DNA from: Verrucomicrobiales bacterium
GTDB taxonomy: Bacteria; Verrucomicrobiota; Verrucomicrobiia; Verrucomicrobiales; SLCJ01
Assembly: GCA_046075565.1 (NCBI GenBank)
Contig: JBJTQJ010000024.1
Span: 1 to 27,578, forward strand
Reading direction: 5' to 3'
Length of the DNA: 27,578 bases
Shown here piece after piece: positions 26,316 to 27,578 of the stretch (within the stretch, counting starts at the first letter, position 1; each line of letters starts with the position of its first letter). A program made the translations under genes and the position numbers. The notes beneath the pieces were generated by a model that searched no databases, had not been told where the DNA came from, and saw nothing but the letters and a program-made list of their open reading frames with translations.

Positions 26316-27338
26316 AGTTTAATTGAATAGCTCTTCCGGGGTCCTGTAGTTGTAGCGTTTTCTTGGCCTGCTGTTCAACTTTCGAGCGATGCGGTCGCAT
26401 TGGCTTTGCGTCAGCCGGTTCAGGCACATTCCCTTCGGCAGGTATTGGCGGATGAGCCCGTTGGCGTTCTCATTGCTCCCGCGTTCCCATGAGTGGTGCG
26501 GAGCCGCAAAGTAGAACTCGCATCCGTGCGTCTGCTCGACCTCCTCATACCCGTGGAACTCGCACCCGTTGTCCGCGGTGATGCTGCGGAACTTCCCAGC
26601 ATGCCTCTCCATGAGGGCACGCAGGCATCGGTTGGTCTGGGCGATCGTCCGGGCCTTCAGCTTGCCGATCATCACGTATCCCGTTTTCCGATCCACCATG
26701 GTGAGCACACAGCCCTGGTTTTTTCCCATCACCGTATCGATCTCCCAGTGCCCCACACGAGAGCGGTTGGTCGCCCCGGCAGGTCGCTCCGCCAACGGCC
26801 TTTTCCCTGCCAGGCGGCCCCGGCTGTCATACGCCCCGTAGCGCTTCCTCCTCTGCTTCCTGCCTTTGCTCCTCAGCCACTGGTAGAGATTCCCGCCAGC
26901 CTTCTTGTCGGCCAACAAATGACGGTAGATCGTCTCATGGCTGATGCTCAACTCCCTCCGGCGCTTCAGATAGCCGGAGATTTGCTCCGGGCTGTAATCG
27001 AGCTTCAGGAGCTCCTCCACCCGCTTCATCTGCTCCGCGCTGTAGCTGCTGCCCAGCCGCGACCTGCGCCGCCGCCCCCGGGCCATCGGCCCCGCGTGCA
27101 GCGAGAGGTAACAGCCATGGTTCGGATACTCGTTGCGGTGGATTTCGCGGCAAATTGTCGAGGGCGACCGGCCCAGCGCCCGCCCAATCTCCCGCATACT
27201 CAGCCGGCGGCACAACATGTTGCCAATCACCGCCCGCTCTTCGTCCGTCAAATGATGGTATTTTTTCATCTGGTAAGCCACACCACAAACTCTCTTCTTG
27301 TAAAGCCGGAGGTGTTGCGCTTACTATGTGAATTCGCG
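26284..27338 (-). mobile_element. IS30-family insertion sequence (~1055 bp)
   Basis: Transposase bounded by imperfect IRs: TGTTGCGCTTACTATGTGAATTCGCG (27313-27338) and the reverse complement of 26284-26309, TGTTGAACTTCGCGCTTGAACCTGGG (14/26). Confidence 0.75.
26319..27269 (-). CDS. IS30-family DDE transposase
   Basis: HTH YHHLTDEER...IGRALGRSPSTICREIHRN, YSPEQISG, ISHETIY, GHWEIDTV, ITADNGCEF, WERGSNENANGLIRQYLPKG, LNSRPRK. Confidence 0.95.
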   Translation of the reverse strand: MKKYHHLTDEERAVIGNMLCRRLSMREIGRALGRSPSTICREIHRNEYPNHGCYLSLHAGPMARGRRRRSRLGSSYSAEQMKRVEELLKLDYSPEQISGYLKRRRELSISHETIYRHLLADKKAGGNLYQWLRSKGRKQRRKRYGAYDSRGRLAGKRPLAERPAGATNRSRVGHWEIDTVMGKNQGCVLTMVDRKTGYVMIGKLKARTIAQTNRCLRALMERHAGKFRSITADNGCEFHGYEEVEQTHGCEFYFAAPHHSWERGSNENANGLIRQYLPKGMCLNRLTQSQCDRIARKLNSRPRKRYNYRTPEELFN

Positions 27339-27578
27339 ATCTGGATCAACGAGGTGTTCAACAACCTGACGGTGCGGAACAATCATATCATCACCCGAAC
27401 CACCAAGACACCGAGGCGGGAAGGTCTCTTCGGGTTTATCGCGAAGTGCGATTTCAAAACCATTTCCATCAAAGACAATTTGATCGAATGCCACGGCGAG
27501 CCCCGCCCCTTGCTTCGGTGCAAGGAAAGCTATGAGAGCGTGGTCGAGAATAACACCCTGCTCAACATTGCCGATGCA
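27339..27578 (+). pseudogene. 5'-truncated CDS fragment, possibly a parallel beta-helix protein; runs off the window
   Basis: Open frame from the IS boundary: IWINEVFNNLTVRNNHIITRTTKTPRREGLFGFIAKCDFKTISIKDNLIECHGEPRPLLRCKESYESVVENNTLLNIADA, with repeated (V/I)xxN motifs. Confidence 0.5.

Noticed and set aside
1-27578. CRISPR array, rRNA, riboswitch or prophage
   Set aside because: No regularly spaced repeats, rRNA signatures, recognisable aptamers or phage genes seen.

Overview
GC-rich bacterial chromosomal window, probably Verrucomicrobiota (inferred from the DUF1592/DUF1552 pair, a stand-alone DUF4032 protein and the gene style). The backbone is housekeeping: avtA, a CNNM transporter, tRNA-Pro, namZ-ilvA-mutY divergent from nagZ, a zinc-ribbon protein, an AI-2E permease, an inverted-domain photolyase, an HldE-type kinase, a LolA-like carrier, mrp and an M29 aminopeptidase. 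Main points of interest: (1) an HldE-type adenylyltransferase fused in frame to PurN; (2) two small integrase-free toxin-antitoxin islets, one a Fic toxin/antitoxin pair behind tRNA-Pro preceded by a tRNA-derived hairpin element, the other vapBC flanked by two diverged copies of the purN 3' end; (3) REP/REPIN-like palindromes; (4) a decayed accessory region at the right end with a group II intron D5/D6 remnant and an IS30 element that joins two unrelated truncated genes; (5) in-frame stop codons in two otherwise continuous genes. All family assignments come from motifs read by eye, not from database searches.
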